A stretch of DNA of 64,000 nucleotides from Vicugna vicugna (Eukaryota): NCBI GenBank assembly GCA_013265495.1, contig MU057700.1, forward strand, positions 434,001 to 498,000, given 5' to 3'. The translations under genes were made by a program, and so were the position numbers. Numbering within the stretch: the first letter of the stretch is position 1; each line of letters opens with the position of its first letter. Shown here piece by piece: positions 34,511 to 48,444 of the stretch. The notes under the pieces were generated by a model. The model did not search any database. It saw only the letters and a program-made list of their open reading frames with translations, and was not told the DNA's origin.

Positions 34511-37500
34511 CAGAGTCTGCACCCCTCTCCCCATGCCTCGGGCCAGGGGACCCTGCTTTGTCTGGGGAGCTGACCATTGGCTTTGGTCCTGGCCCCTTGC
34601 CCACCTGCCCAGCCTTGGAAGCCTTGTCTATGGTGGGCTCGACCTCCCCGATCAGTGATGGGGAGGTGTGAGTGTCTGCAATGAGGCCCCAGGGCCAGGT
34701 GGCCCACCTTTGCTGCTGCTCTAGAAGCGACCCGCTGGCCCCTTGAGCCACTCCAGCCTGTCTGCCAGAGTCCAGGCCTCATTCTTTTGACCTGCTCCTG
34801 ACTTGCTGGCTCTCCTCACAGGGGGCTCTTGCCTTGACCGAATTCCCAGAGGCCATCTAAACCCACATGGGGCTTTTCTTTGACGATGGTGACAGCCTGG
34901 GCCCAGCCCATCCCCGCCCTGCGAGTGGCTGCAGCTGGACCTGCTCCTCAATGGTGTGGGCACCCTCGGCCTGCTGTGTGAGGCAGATTCTCAGGGACAT
35001 CCCAAACCCTGAATGGATTCAGCTCCCTGGATGCTGCCGGGCTGAGCCGCTAGCTGCTCCCCCAGCTCCTGCCAGGTGAAGACCCCAGTTTGTCAGACTC
35101 TGGTTGTAATCCCCCCTACCAGTTCTGGGCCTCCCTATCCCGCTGTCCAGCAGAAGCCATGAGTCCCATCTCACCTTGGGAGGCCCCTCAGGATCAGACC
35201 CCATCAGTGCCTCTTCTAACACAGAGATCTGCATAACAAACAAGGAGGAAGATGGGGCTCCAGGAAGTGGACCTCTTCCTGGTGGAGGGATGAAGAGGAA
35301 GGGAGGGACACTGAGCCTGAGAATCATCGGCTGTCAGCCCCCTCCCCGCCCCATTGCCCACAGGGTCCTCAGGAGGGAACCCCCATCTGGTGGGAGTCCG
35401 GTTCCTCGGGCCACCTGGACAGTCACCCCACATCAGGTTCAGGGTCTGCCTGCCCCTTCCACCTGGGAACCCTGTAAGCCCTACCTCTCTGGGCCCCCAT
35501 GCTTGCCCCACCAGGAGGGATTATGAGCTTCCTTTCTGGCACACAAGTTTCCAAAGTCACCTCAGAAAGTGGGCCCGGAGGTGCTTGTATGCCGGCTGCT
35601 CATTCTCTGTAAAACCTGGCTATTTGTTTAGATTAGCTGACATTTCCACTGTCTTTTATTAAAGAGAATATCCTGAGGAGAAGGCAGGATGTTTGCACAG
35701 AGCTTATACCCTCTGCCTCTGGTCCCCCGCGCCCCAGAGCAGCGAGGCCCGCACAACTTGATTGGGCGGGCGAGGCGGCAGGGGTGCCGGCCTCTCCCCT
35801 GCCCTTCTTTCCTGAGAAGGAGGGGTGTTAGGCAGCCCCCCTGCAGGAGCAGGGACCATCCAGGTCTCTGCTTGGCCCTGTGCTGTACGCTGAGGGAAAG
35901 GACAGACGATGGCCAGGTAAGACCATGGCTGCCTCCTCGGTGGGACTGTGGTCAGTGACCCCACGCAGGGCCCTGTCCAGCTCCATCGGCTGTGCCCCAA
36001 GTTAGTCTGCTGTGGGCTTTGGGGCGCCTCGCCCTTTCCCCTTCTTTGTGCCTTTGTTGTCAGCATCTGCCAGGAACCCTGGTAGCTTCAGGGGTGGGCG
36101 GGCTGCTGGCAGGCTCCATGTTGAGCTGATAATAGTACACTTTTAGGTCTACCTCAAGGACTACGTCCCTCCCGAGGCAGCCCAGCCAGGCGCACCTGTG
36201 GCCTGAGGAACGTTCTTCCCCTCAGCCCTCTCCAGGCACTGCTGAGGGGTGACTGCACCCGGATCTAGCACCAGACCACGGTGTCACAGTCACACCGATT
36301 GGGGTGTGGGTCCCCGCTCTGCCATTTACTGGCTGTGCCCCCTGCACAGCTGCCCACCTGGGCATGCTGAGCTTTCCTAAGCTTACTTCGGCAGGGCGCT
36401 TACTGTCCACGTTTGACCCTCCATGGGGTGTTGGCCTGGGGGTCCCCGTCTCCTCCGCTGTGCCTGAAATGTGGTCTAGGTGCCAGGTCCCGGAGCCGGC
36501 CTGGCAAGCAGAGGGCACATCGGCACATTCCGAGGCTGTGTTCCCACCTCCGCAGTCCTAGGGAAGAGGAAAGAAGGGGCCTGCTCAACACCGCCATCCG
36601 GTGACACCCGCAGAGAGAGCCAAACACTGGGGCTGATTAGGCCTTAATTAAATCACACACGGGCCCGACTCAGGGAAATGAATTGCTTTCACTCTTGTGG
36701 ACTGGGTTCGGCAGTATCCTTCTGTGTAAACATCCTCAGGCCCTCCACTCCGGCTCCCGCCTGCCAATCATGGGAGGTATATCCATTTTAATTGGCGTGC
36801 GACTTTAGTTGAGACCAACTGCTGACACCATTACTGATCCTGTCCTCAGTCACACGGAAGGGCCATGCACTTGTATCTGCACAACTGCCCCCTTCCCAAG
36901 AGGAGACTGAGTGGGGCCTGGGCCACCCAGTGGGCCAGGTAGGCTGAGCGGGGGAATGGGGTGGGGGTGCCTCCACCCTGCAACCCAGATTCTACCTGCT
37001 GGAGGTGGGGGGACCCCACTTGCCAGGAATCACCCCTGTGGGCAGTTTTAGTCTTGTCAGCATACAAAGCGGGGGAGGGGGATTCCAGGTGCTGAGAGCC
37101 TGCCTGAGGGGTCAGGCCTGGACCCCTTTGGCATCCTCACAGGAGAAGGGGGAAGGAAAGGGTGCAGGAAGAGAGGAAGGAGACACAGAGGGAGTGGGGA
37201 GGGGACCGAGGAAAGGCAGGGGCACAGGAGGAAAGAGAAGGAGGGGCCTGGGCATCTGCCTGGATAGTGGGTTGGGTGTTTCTTAGCTGACCAGGAGAAT
37301 GAGGGTCTCATAGGCCTGGTGTCCACCCTGCCTTTCCCTTCTGGGACTGTCTTTCCATATGGGAGCAGAGGAACCATTGGAGTCTCTGGGACAGGGAGAG
37401 GCCCGTGAGGCGTGGGGAGGGGACACTATGAGCCTCTCCAGATGCTAGGATCCCCCTCTGGAATCCACACAGCACCAGGAGTGAACGGCCTCTTGCTTGT

Positions 37501-39299
37501 GGCTCTCAGGCCCCTGGGTAAGGTCTGGGATTGATTGTAGTGGGATGGCTGCTGGCCAGGAGGGAGGACGATGGGAAGGCAGGTGGACGCTTCCACCCCA
37601 ACGTGGCAGGTTCTGGGCCTGTGAGGAGAGAGACGTGGATGGTTCTGGGTACGCCCATGGGCAGAATCAGAACCTGAAGCAGAGGGGACAAAGACACATC
37701 TAAACAGGGGTCAGGGGGCTCTGTATAGTCAGGGCCCCCTGGAGGCATGGAGCCCCCCTTCACCCCGCCTGGGGGGAGGGGATGACTGAGGGTCCATTTG
37801 GCTCCTGACCAGGGAATGGGAGTCATGACGTCCTGGCAAGGATCTTAGAATCTAACTGAACAGAGCTTTTGTTTCTGGGCCTCGGTTTCCCATTTGGAGT
37901 GCACCTCATTGTCAGGAGTGGCCAGCAGGAGGACTGAGATGTCTCCCGGGACAGTGCTGAGACCCTCCCAGACACCCAGAGCAGCAGGCTACAGCACCCC
38001 TGGGCGTGGGGCAGGCTGGAGGGAAGAGCCGGGGCAGGTCCCTGGGGGCCGGCTATTCCTTCGGCATCACCAGCTCCCACAGCGTGGTCTCAGTCCTGAG
38101 CAGGCCCTCTGTGCCCCAGGGGCTGGAAGTCCAGCAGGAGTCACCAATTTCTGCTCCCACACTAGCTCCAGTGAAGCCCAGGTTGGTGCCTCTGTGCTTA
38201 AACATAAACCACACACTAGGAGACAGACACCAGAGTCTACCACCCCCACCAACCCACCCACCGTGGCTAAGGCTGCTCAGACAGGTGGACTTGGGCAGCT
38301 CAGAAGACTCGGAGTGGGTGTTGAAGACGTCACAGCTGGGGCAGGGGCAGGACCAGGGGGGAGAGGACAGAGCCTGCTCCTTGAGCTTTGAGAATTCCTG
38401 GGGTGATCAGATCTCTAGGCCAGGCCTGCACCAGACTTACGGACACTCACACAGGGATTCCTGTGGGAAGCCCAGCTTCGAGCGGTCGTCTCAGCCACAG
38501 AGGTCAGCTCACCACCTTCTGTGGCCTCTGGGAGTGGCAAAACCTGGCATTACCCTGCCTGCCTTGAGCTTGGGGAAGTTGCCCCAGCCCTCGGGGCTGC
38601 ATGGCTGAGATGCTGAGAGGGGCTTCCAGTGCTGGGAGGTACGTGCGCTGGGTGGGGCTGATCCAGGGCTGAGAGGTCACTTGGTTGGAACCCCTCAAGG
38701 AGTGGGCCTTTTCCAACTCAAACCACACTGCTTCCTACTCGGGAAAATCAAGGGGCCGCCTTCCCGCCGGCCTCCCACATCCATGCCCTAGTACACCCAG
38801 GGGGAGGGAGGAGAGGCAACAGAAGCTGGTGACAAAGCCAGGGATGGCAGAGACGGGCAGAGAGACTTCAGGCTGGGAATGAGGTGAGAGAGGCCCCCGG
38901 GGTGGGAGTCAGCTCCAGCAGGGAGGTGAGCCCTGGGCTGGTCTCCCATGCCCTTGAATTGCCTCCCCCTACCTCTAACTCACTGTGTGTTCTGGGCTAC
39001 CCACTTCCCCTCTCTGGTCACTGCCTCGATGAACTCCAAACCAACAGAGATGGCCTACCACAGGCTTCTCAAAGCGTGTTCTGTGGAGCCCAGGTGTTCC
39101 CCAGGAGGTGCTTCAGGGGTCATAGAGGGATGGGTTACCATGCCTGGGAGTTTGGGGACCAGTTCTAGCCTCTCATCTCACTTCAGGAGATTGAAAACCA
39201 CTGGATCCTTCTCCACTGAAGTTTCTGGGATTCTCTGATTCTGATCCCATCCCTGAACCCCTCCTCCTTTCCTCATCCATTCCTAACTCCCTGCCTAAG

Positions 39300-40030
39300 C
39301 TGGCCCCCTCCTGCTTCTTGCCTGGACTGCTCTCCCCACCACTTTGGCCTCAGCATTTCTCCTGGCGACCAGCCCAGCACAGAGGGTCTTCTCAGATCTT
39401 TCTCCTTTGGACCCCTCGATTCTCTTCACCCTTGCTCTCTCGCTGTCTCAGTCCTAGATCAGAGCAGAAGCTCTCACTGGCCTCCATGCTCCCTCCTGGG
39501 CCCCAACACCTCCCCGACTCACACACACATTAGCCAGAGTGAGCCTTCCAAAATGACGGCCAGACCCGACCCTCCTTCATGCAAACCCCTCAGTAGCTTC
39601 CTGTTGCCAGTAGAATAAATTCCACATTCCTTTCTGATGGTCCCCGCGGCCCTTTGTGATCTCCTGGCCCCTCTCCTTCTTCAGCCACTTCCTTCCTGGG
39701 GACCACACTGCCCGGCCATCCTCCTAGCCTTGGGTGGGCCCTAGCACCTTTCCTTCTGCAGGGTCCCCTTTCTCCTCTCCGGTCTGGCCTTTGCTCTCCC
39801 TTTGGTCTGAGCTTAGCTGTCGTTTGTCCTGAGAGGCTCTCCCTGAGCATGCCCAGCCATTCTGTGTGAGTTACCCTCCCCAGCAAACTGCTCGCCCCCT
39901 TCACCGCGCCTGCCCATCAGTGTGCCAGCAACTTCTTTATTGACTGTTTGCCAGCTCTCTCCTGAGAGAGGTGGAGACTCACCTGTCTGGCTTGTGCCCT
40001 GAGTGGTCATTGCTCCGGGCATGTCAGTCT
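39300..40030 (+). mobile_element. Degenerate L2 LINE
   Basis: GCCAGAGTGAGCCTTCCAAAATG, CCCTCAGTAGCTTCCTGTTGCC and AGAATAAATTCCACATTCCTT are L2-like motifs. Confidence 0.55.
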
Positions 40031-42939
40031 CGCCCCGCTCGGCAGGCTGCCAGCTGATTGAGGGCCTCTGCCCTGTGGTCGTGGACACTGTTCCTCGCAC
40101 CTCCGTGCTGGGCACCGTGTGATGCCCTTACATGCATGGGCTCGGTTCGCCGAGGGTCACAGTGCTGAAGAGCTCCCCATCGGTCAGGAAACACTGCCTC
40201 CAACCTTGTGCCCCAGGAGGAGCACTGGCGAGTGGAGAGGCGGCGGAGCCCACGCTGGCTGGAAGGCCTGTGCTGCAACTGCTCTGCAGACCCTCGGCCG
40301 GGGCTCTGCCCTGGACGAGCTGCACATGGCCCGATGCCTGGCTGCCCTCCAGCTGTGGCGGACATCTGCTGCAGCTGGGCCTGGCCTGCAGCTCTGCCAC
40401 ATGTGTTCTGTCTTGAACCCTCCACTGGGGACGCCACCGATGATGTGAGACTCACACTGCGGTTTCCTGTGATGTAATTAGCTCCCCGGAGCCGGGGGAA
40501 TGGACGGTGGCGGGCGGAGGGTGGGCTTCCTGGCAGGTGTGCATATGTGCATGTGTGTGCACGGGCTTGCGTGTGCTGCTCCTCTGGGACTGAGGGTCTG
40601 GCACAGAGATGCAGCGAGCGTGATCTGCTTTTTAAAGAGAGCACCATGGGCTGCCTGAGCGCTTTGGAAACTCAGAGGCCCTGCTTCCTGGTGCCCGGCC
40701 CAACGAGCGGCTCCACCTCTGATGGTGCTCAGTGTTCTCATCCATGAAACTGGGGAACAATTCTACCTCATTCTCAGGCTCCCCGGAAGCATGACAGGTG
40801 CCGAGGGCCACACCTGCCTGGAGAAGATGCCAGGAAATGTCACTGCTGAGCAGAGAGTCACTTGTGCTGAGTGGACTGGGATGGGGCAAGAGGGAGACCT
40901 CGGGGTCCAGCCCACTTAGTGGAGGGACCTCAGGCAAGCCAGTAACCTCTGGAGGTGACCTTTTTCCCGACAACCTCAGGAGGCAGACCTGAAGGTCTGC
41001 AGTAGGATGTCAGCCCGAGGAGGCCAGCCCAGTGCCAGGAGTTAGGGAGGCATTTATGATTGTGGCTGAGATCTGAGCTCTGTTCAGTCCTCAGCTGCTG
41101 GGGGAGGAAGTAACTGAAGGAACTGCCCTTTCCCCTGGAGCCTCCTGAGATTTTGCAGCCTGGGAAGACAGAGAGCGCCTACCTTTGGGGATCCTGAGTG
41201 CTTCTCTGGAAGCTGGAGAGAAGCAAGAAATTTCAAAACTGCCCTCCCCTGTAGGGAGAGTGTACACCAGCCCTTCATCCGGGCTGAGGGGTTTCCTCAG
41301 GCTGTGGAGCAGCGGGGGAGGGTATCTGGTACCACACACCAATCCCTCGGTCTCCTCCACAGGGCAGACCCTGGCTCACCTGCTGCCACCTCCTGTTTGC
41401 AGGCCTGCACAATGTGTCCCCTGAGGTGGAGACTGGTGGGGAGCTGGGCAGGGGGGAGGGAGGGGAGTGATTGTCAGGGTCCATGTTGCTCTCCAAGGTG
41501 CTCCGGCCCCACCCCCAGCAGTCGGGCTTGGCATGTGGGAAAGGCTCTCCAGGTCCCCAGAGTAGGGTCCTTTGGATGAGGGCGGCCCCCTGCACCTCCC
41601 AACTTCAGCAGCCTCACGGGAGCATTGCCTGTGCTGCCTGCTCCTGGACCAGCTGAGGTCCAAGGGATGGTGCTGTGTGAAAGGATGGAAGCAATAAAAA
41701 TGATAAAAACAAGCCACACAGGTTATTATTTTGCCCTCTATGTCCTTGTTTGGCTAACTCCGCTGTCTCTGGGCTGAGCTGAATGCCTCCCATGTAATGA
41801 GATGTTGGAACAGTTTATTCTTTGTGTGAGACTGACCAGAAACTCAACCTGGGGCTCCAGTCTGTGCCCAATGGGCAGGCCCCCCAGCCTCTGCCCATGG
41901 GACTGTGGACCAGCCTCACCCTCTCTCCCTCCACTTCCCCTCCTGTGAAACGGGGCTCTGACATGGGGTTGCCTCAGAGCTCTCTTCCTTTCTGAATTGG
42001 GCCATTTTTTTCCTGAGTTCCCCAGGGTCTTTCCAATCTGGCTTTCCCCGAGGCCTGGAGGATTGTTCTAGCTCTCTGGGTGTATGTGCCATCTCGGGGG
42101 ATGCACCCCTGAACTCCGTTTCCCGTGACCTGGGCATGTCCCCTAGGGCATGAGACCGTCCAGCTGCCAAAAGAGCCTACCTGGCCATGCTCTCTTGGTG
42201 GGACTCCTTGAGGGCTGGCCTGGACCCCAGACTAGGTGCCAGCCTCTGACCCTCTCCTCACTCAACACTGCAGGGCACTGGGCAGAAGACGTGTGCTTCC
42301 CACCACTGCTCTTAGGCCCAGAACTTCTGCTGATAGAGGGCCAGCTCCCTGCCTCTCTGTGTCTCCACGCTATTCTGCTTCAAGGAAAGACTGCGGGTTG
42401 CCCACCCTGTCCCCCAGCCCATGCTGGCAGGTTGAATGAATGAGTGCCCAGTGGCCAGGTCTCCATCCTTTCCAAAGCCCTGCTGGGCTGGACCAGTGGG
42501 TCACAGACCTGGTGATGAAGTCAGAATCACAGACTCCGTCCATTGGTCCACATTCCTGGTCCCTGACTGGGGAAGGATCAGTTCATGAGCCTGTGGGTTG
42601 GAGGCACGTGTCACTCTCTGCTCACACAGTCCCAGGGCCCTGAGCTCCCAGGTTGACCTGCCCTGGGCTGCAGGCTTATGCTGATGGGGTGGATCCTTCA
42701 CTCTGTGAAGACAGGCTGGGATGATCTCTTCTGAGGGACTTAAGGAGAGCAGTGAGAGGCCTCCAGAGGGGAAGATGGAGCCTGGAGATAGAAGAGTGAT
42801 AAGTGTGGAGAAGGTGTACAGGCTGAGTCCAGTCCACCCTCCAGTGTGTCCTGTGGAAACAAAGAAACCCATGTCTTAAGACATAAGGGGGCATCATTGC
42901 CTGTCTCACTCTTGGAGATTCATATGAGACGTTCATGGG

Positions 42940-42995
42940 AAGACCTATGTACATACCCTGCTGGTTTTGTTTCTCCAGTGAACCCTGACTAATGT
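42940..42995 (+). mobile_element. MLT2 (ERVL) LTR 3' end fragment
   Basis: CCTGCTGGTTTTGTTTCTCCAGTGAACCCTGACTAAT resembles the MLT2 terminus. Confidence 0.5.
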
Positions 42996-43255
42996 GGGGA
43001 GAATGAGAGACACCACACCTATTAGTACGCCTCAAAGCCGGGGTCCTGGAGATGCCCTTAGGGCGGTGCCAGGCAGAGGATGTTAAGGGTGAGGCAAACT
43101 CAAAATTGTCAAGAAGATGAGTTTCTTCAGGAATTGCAGAGGAATGGCAATTTGGGACACGTAACTGTACCCAGCTACAGGTGCATCAGTCGAGGATTTG
43201 AGGTAGGCTGTATTTATGGGCAGGAGTGTAAAAAGGAGAGAATTCAGTTAGAATC

Positions 43256-43597
43256 TGTTAAAATAAAAAACAAATGAGCCCAGCTTTGATAATTTCCCGA
43301 GCAGACAAATCCAGTTTAGACATACAAAGCTCAATTCAGCTTTTCTTGAAGGACCAATTGACCCAGGTAAGTTTTTTGTTCATGCCTATGGAAATCAATT
43401 TCCCAAGGGTGATATGAGGCACCCCTGATCAGCTCCCTATCATTTAAGAAAATTCCAATAATGATCAGTTTTCCATAAATCAGGCATTTACAAGAAATCA
43501 GTCTTTCAGTCCTTAAGTTTTATTTTCCTGAGGGCACATGCCTGAGATTTTCTGTTCAGTAGCCTCTGGTTCCATTTTAGATTGAAATTCTTTCACA
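43256..43597 (+). mobile_element. Probable old ERV1-class solo LTR
   Basis: AT-rich block with TGTTAAAATAAAAA...TTTCACA termini; no TSD seen; family uncertain. Confidence 0.4.
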
Positions 43598-43779
43598 GGG
43601 GTTATGAGTCTTGGGGCACCCTCTTTCCCCACTCTGCCTGAAAAGCTGGTCCTGGATGACCAGTGAACCCCATCATGGTCTCCTGAGCCACAGCCCCAAG
43701 CTCGGGGACCACCAAGAAACCCTCACTTGAACCTCATTTCTTTGCTGCTTCCTCTTACCCCTAATGCAGTTTCCAGGGT

Positions 43780-45720
43780 TAATGACAAACTCATATTTGA
43801 AAAATAGTTATTAAAGAGCCAGCCCATCATGAATACCATAATTCAATAAACAGCAAAAAACGGACAACTTCAGACCACTGACCACTCTCCTCTATGAAGA
43901 CAGATGCAAAAGCCTTAAATAAATTATTAGCAAATAGAATAATACTCCACAACCAGGAGGATGTCACTCTGGTGAGTAAGGCTGTGCAGTGTTAGGACGG
44001 GTATTAACAGAGTCCACTCATTAATGGCTCAGATGGTGGGCAGTGATTGGAGGGGAGTGAAGGGGCTTCAGGGCCTGGTGGTGCTCTGACCGGGGTGGGT
44101 GACCTGGACTTACGCACTCTGGAGAATTTGTGAAGCTATACATTTGGAGCTATGCAGTTGCTGTGTCATGCTATGCTTCGAAAACAATTTAAGAAGAAAA
44201 CCAACAGGGACAAGATGTTCTGCTGTACATGCAGAAAACTAAGGATTACAACTTAAAAATCAGTAAGACAAGCATATTTCCAGAAAAGACAAAAACTCTA
44301 ATTGGAAAAGATACATGCACGCTAATGTTCATAGCAACACTGTTTACAATAGCCAAGACATGGAAGCCACATAAAGGTCCATTGACAGATGACTGGACAA
44401 AGAAGTTGGAGTGTGTGTATATATATACATATATATATGCAATGGAATACTCCTTAGCCATAAAAAAGAACGAAATAATGTCATTTGTAGCAACATGGAT
44501 GGACTTAAATATTATTATACTGAGTGAAGTAAGTCAGAAGGAGAAAGACACATATCATATAATGTCACTCATATGTGGAGTCTAAAAAACTGATACAAAT
44601 GAACTTATTTACAAAACAGAAGTAGACTCACAGACATAGAAAAAAATGCATGGTTATCAAAGGGGAAAGCAGGGGTGGGGGAGGGATAAATTAGGAATTT
44701 GGTGTTAACAGATACACCCTACTATATACAAAGTAACAACAAGGACCTACTGTGTAGCACAGGGAATTATATTCAATATCTTATAATAACATGTAATAGG
44801 AAAGAATCTGAATTAGAATCTATATGATTTAAATAGCTAAATCACTTTGCTGTACACCTGAAACATTGTAAATCAACTACACTTCAATTAAAAAATCAAT
44901 AAGAAAAAATACAAATAACCCATAGGAAAGTGGGAAAGGATAAAAAAAAGAACCATTCAGCGAAGAGGAAACATGAATGGCCAATAAAAATATGAAAGCA
45001 GATGTTCAACATCACTATTGAGAAAATACAAATGAATAAAAATGAAAGCTCATTTCATGGCCATCAGTTTGGAAGAAAATGGTATCTAATAATCCCAAGA
45101 GAGGATGGACGGATGAACAGTGGGAGATTTCACAGCCACAGGCAGGAGTGTGAATTAATCCAACCACCCGGAGGATCGGAGCACAAAAATGTGTGAATTT
45201 GAAAAAGTGCATTCTTGAAAATGCGGAAATTCCACTCTGGGTACATGCCCTTGGGTACCCCTGGGAGGCTGAATCAGGATGTTCCTGATGGAGTAGTTTG
45301 TTATAGCGTGAAATTGGAAATAACTTAAATCATGAGGGGAGTAGACAAACAAATTATGAGATATTTATGAGCTAGAATCCTTGTGGAGTAGTTAAAATGA
45401 GTGAATTAGAACTGTATGTGTCAATGGGGTTGAGCTTGAATTTAGATTACAGTTTGAAGCATTTGTGGCATCACCGTCCTCACGTTGCTCATGGACCTTG
45501 TTTGCACGTGTGTGTGCATGTGTGTGTCTATATGTCTCAAAAATATGGAAAGCAGCTGGAGTCAGGAGGGAAGGTAATCTCCAACATTTTATTGCTTTTA
45601 TATGAATTTAAAACTTCTGAAGTCAACATGAGCAGGTCTCAACATTTATAAATTCTGACACTGGTGTCTGCTATGGTCTGTATGTTTCTATAGTTTTAAA
45701 ATTTTAGACAGAGATAAAAA
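43780..45720 (+). mobile_element. Old L1ME-like fragments hosting a younger L1
   Basis: ACAGATGCAAAAGCCTTAAATAAATTATTAGCAAATAGAAT; GAAGAGGAAACATGAATGGCCAATAAAAATATGAAAGCAGATGTTCAACATCACT. Confidence 0.7.
44272..44890 (+). mobile_element. Young 5'-truncated L1 (ORF2 C-terminus and 3' UTR) with ~17-bp TSD
   Basis: Peptide KDTCTLMFIATLFTIAKTWK...IKKNEIMSFVATWMDL; TSD AAAAATCA(G/A)TAAGA(C/A)AA at 44255-44271 and 44891-44907. Confidence 0.92.
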
Positions 45721-48444
45721 AGAAAACCCAAAGGAAAACCAAAGGAGTTAACTGGAAAAAAGTCCAACCATTTAAAGAAGTGAAGAAGGTGGCAACTGAT
45801 GCTACTCTCAGAACAGTGCCAGGCTGATTCAGGGGTTCACACTCACGAACTCACCCAGCACATGATTGGGTCTGAGTCCACAGCGGCTCCCAGCTGACCT
45901 TGGAGGACGATGCCCATGGGTGCCTTGGATTATAATCACTGCTTGCTCAGGCCATGCAGGCCCTCAGTTCGGGTCCAGCTCTGGCCTCTGGGCAGTCTGT
46001 CTGGTCTCCAGCCCTCCCTTTTCTAGGGAGCTGCTTGAAGATCTGGTGGCTCCGGCCCCAGCCTGAGATCAGCCCACATTGAATTTCAGAGCCCAGACCA
46101 GCTCAGACCTCCGTATGCCCATCCTGTTCGGGGCTGAAGGAGAAGTCAGGTTTACTCCAGAGTTATAAAAATAAAGCCCACATTTATCTTGTGCTTAGAC
46201 TTCACTGTCATCATCTGGTTTACAACTCAAAACCACCCTCTGTGAAAGCTGACACCAGGAGAGAAATCCCTGGTGCAAGGAAAAACCCAGGAGCAAGGAA
46301 AGAATCCAGAACAGACAGACAGAGGGGAAAAGGCTGGGGAAGCTATTATTGTGACATTTTTGGTTTTGTCCCTGACACACAGGAGTCAGGATGAACTCAC
46401 CTCTGAGTGGAGATAAGAATGAGGGTTCCCCTGGTGCTGGCCCCCTTCCAGGGTTGGGAGCCTCCCTTCTTCCTTGCTTCTGCCTCGGGAGGAAGGGGTC
46501 TGGGGGCAGGGAGGAGTTACCCAGGGTTGGGAAAGGCAGGGCCCAGGTCAGTGCTGTTAAGGGGGTCCTCAGATGAGCACTGTAAGCCCTGCGGGGGTCC
46601 TGGGATGTCATCTGCAGGTCCCCTTGTCCTCCAGCTTTGGTCTCTCCTTACAGCCCCACAGTGTGGGGACCTAGAGGCTTCACCTGACCCTAGCCTCCTG
46701 ATCGCCGTCTCAGGTCTCAGGGGCTGGGGCTGGGGTCGTGGGTGCCACCCCAAGAGCCGGCAGGAGCAATGCTCAAATTCTAACGAGCCCTCAGCATGAA
46801 CAGAAGTAAGTTCCAGGGACCCAGCTTCATGTGCCGTGCTCGCCACGGCCCGCGATACCCTTTGGATTCAAAGAACTGTGGTCACATCTGCTTTTTCCTG
46901 CTGGACTCTGTCTATATTTGCATGTCAGAGGGCAGTGGAGCTGAAACTGGGGTTGCCTTTCTGGGACCTGTATCCCCTACCCCCACCCTGAGAAGCCGGT
47001 CATAGTGTCTGCTCACAGCGGACCCCTGGGACGGAGGCTCGGAGCTGCTGCGTCTGCCGGGGAGAGCCTGAAAGGATAGTAATGCAATCACCACCTCGAG
47101 ACCATGTGCTGAGCGCTTTTGCCACAGTATCATGTTCACGCCTCGCGACCCCAGAACACAGCTGGACCAGGAGCCCCTGCAGTGGCCGAGGCCCCTCTGG
47201 GGCGCGCACCATCCATCTGTCCTGTGTTGGCCCCTCCCAGGCCCCCTTCAAACATATCGTGGAGCACCTGTGCTCACTCCTGCCTTCCCACCGTGCTCGT
47301 GCAGGTCACCCTTCCCAGGATGACTGTCTTCTGAGCTAGAGGGCCCTGCTCCAAGGCCACCTTCCCGAGGACGTCTGCTTGCCTGGTTGCTCTTATAGGA
47401 AGCAAACTCTCTGATCTCAGACGGCATCTCACTTACATGCTCAGTGTCTCGAAGCAAAGTTGTGAGAACTAAGTCTGCCTGATTCATGTTCATATGCTCA
47501 AGTTCAAATAACCTATTAGAAATAGAATCATCTTTGGGAAAACAAGGTTGAGCCAAAAAGAAAGAAAGTGTACAAACAGGAAAACCAGGCCAGTGGAACA
47601 GCAGTAGGTGTTCTATCAGTAAATGCAAATTGGTTATAAAATCCAGGTGAAGACTCACGTTTGGTCTTGCACAGGCTTGGAAGCAAACCAGTGACCATCT
47701 GTATGTCACTAAGAAAGGCCTAGGGACAGCCAAGCAAGGTGGTCCCAAGTGTCAAAAATGTGCTTGACCCTGCATGGGGCACAGTCCTGTTACACAAGGA
47801 TGGTGGCACAGAGGGGGCTGCTCAGGGGGTTGGAGTGGAGGGGTCTGGGCCTGGTCTTGGTGCATGAATCCAAATGTGCATATCTGAGACTTCTGGAGGC
47901 ACCGAAGCCTGGCCTCACAGGTTGGCCCAACAGGTCACCTTGAACACATCACCATGAATGGACTGTGCCCCTCAGTGTCCCTGCAAGGGTTGAGCACAGC
48001 CCATAAGGCTCAAGACTTGAACTGGGCTGGGCCTCTATGGGACACCTCCCCTGTCCTTTCCACTGCCAAGGATGGGCGGCATCCAGAGATGTTGCCTCTG
48101 AATGCTGAGAGTGGGTGGGCCTGACTGGAAGGACCTCACCACGCAGGTTGGCCAGGCTGGCATCTGTGCCCTGGGGCTTCAGAGCACAAGGGTGTGGGGC
48201 TCTGGCTCCTGGGTGGCCCCTACCTGTATGGGTGTGCACAGACAGCAGGAAGGTCTGCAGAGGAAGGTCTGGGGGCCTCCTGAGAAATGAGAATCCTTTT
48301 GTCAGATTAGGTGTTGACTCCTGGCCTCAGGTGGCACAGAGGAGAAAGGATGCTTACACTCTGAGTACCTGAGCGCCCGGGGACAGCATGTTGATTCTGC
48401 ACTCTGTGCTCCTTCTCAGAAGGGAAGGGAGGGTAAATGAGGGG

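Noticed and set aside
35686..36736. 16-bp inverted repeat with one mismatch (35686-35701 / 36721-36736)
   Set aside because: A rough estimate gives about one such match by chance within 1 kb spacing in a 64-kb window
36725..36737. TGTAAACATCCTC matches the first 13 nt of miR-30a-5p
   Set aside because: The match stops there and no local complementary arm exists; better read as a forkhead site or chance
38006..40647. ORFs of ~200 aa (38006-38608 plus, 40024-40647 minus) and overlapping frames
   Set aside because: Stop-poor GC-rich sequence open in several frames at once; no homology or exon structure recognised
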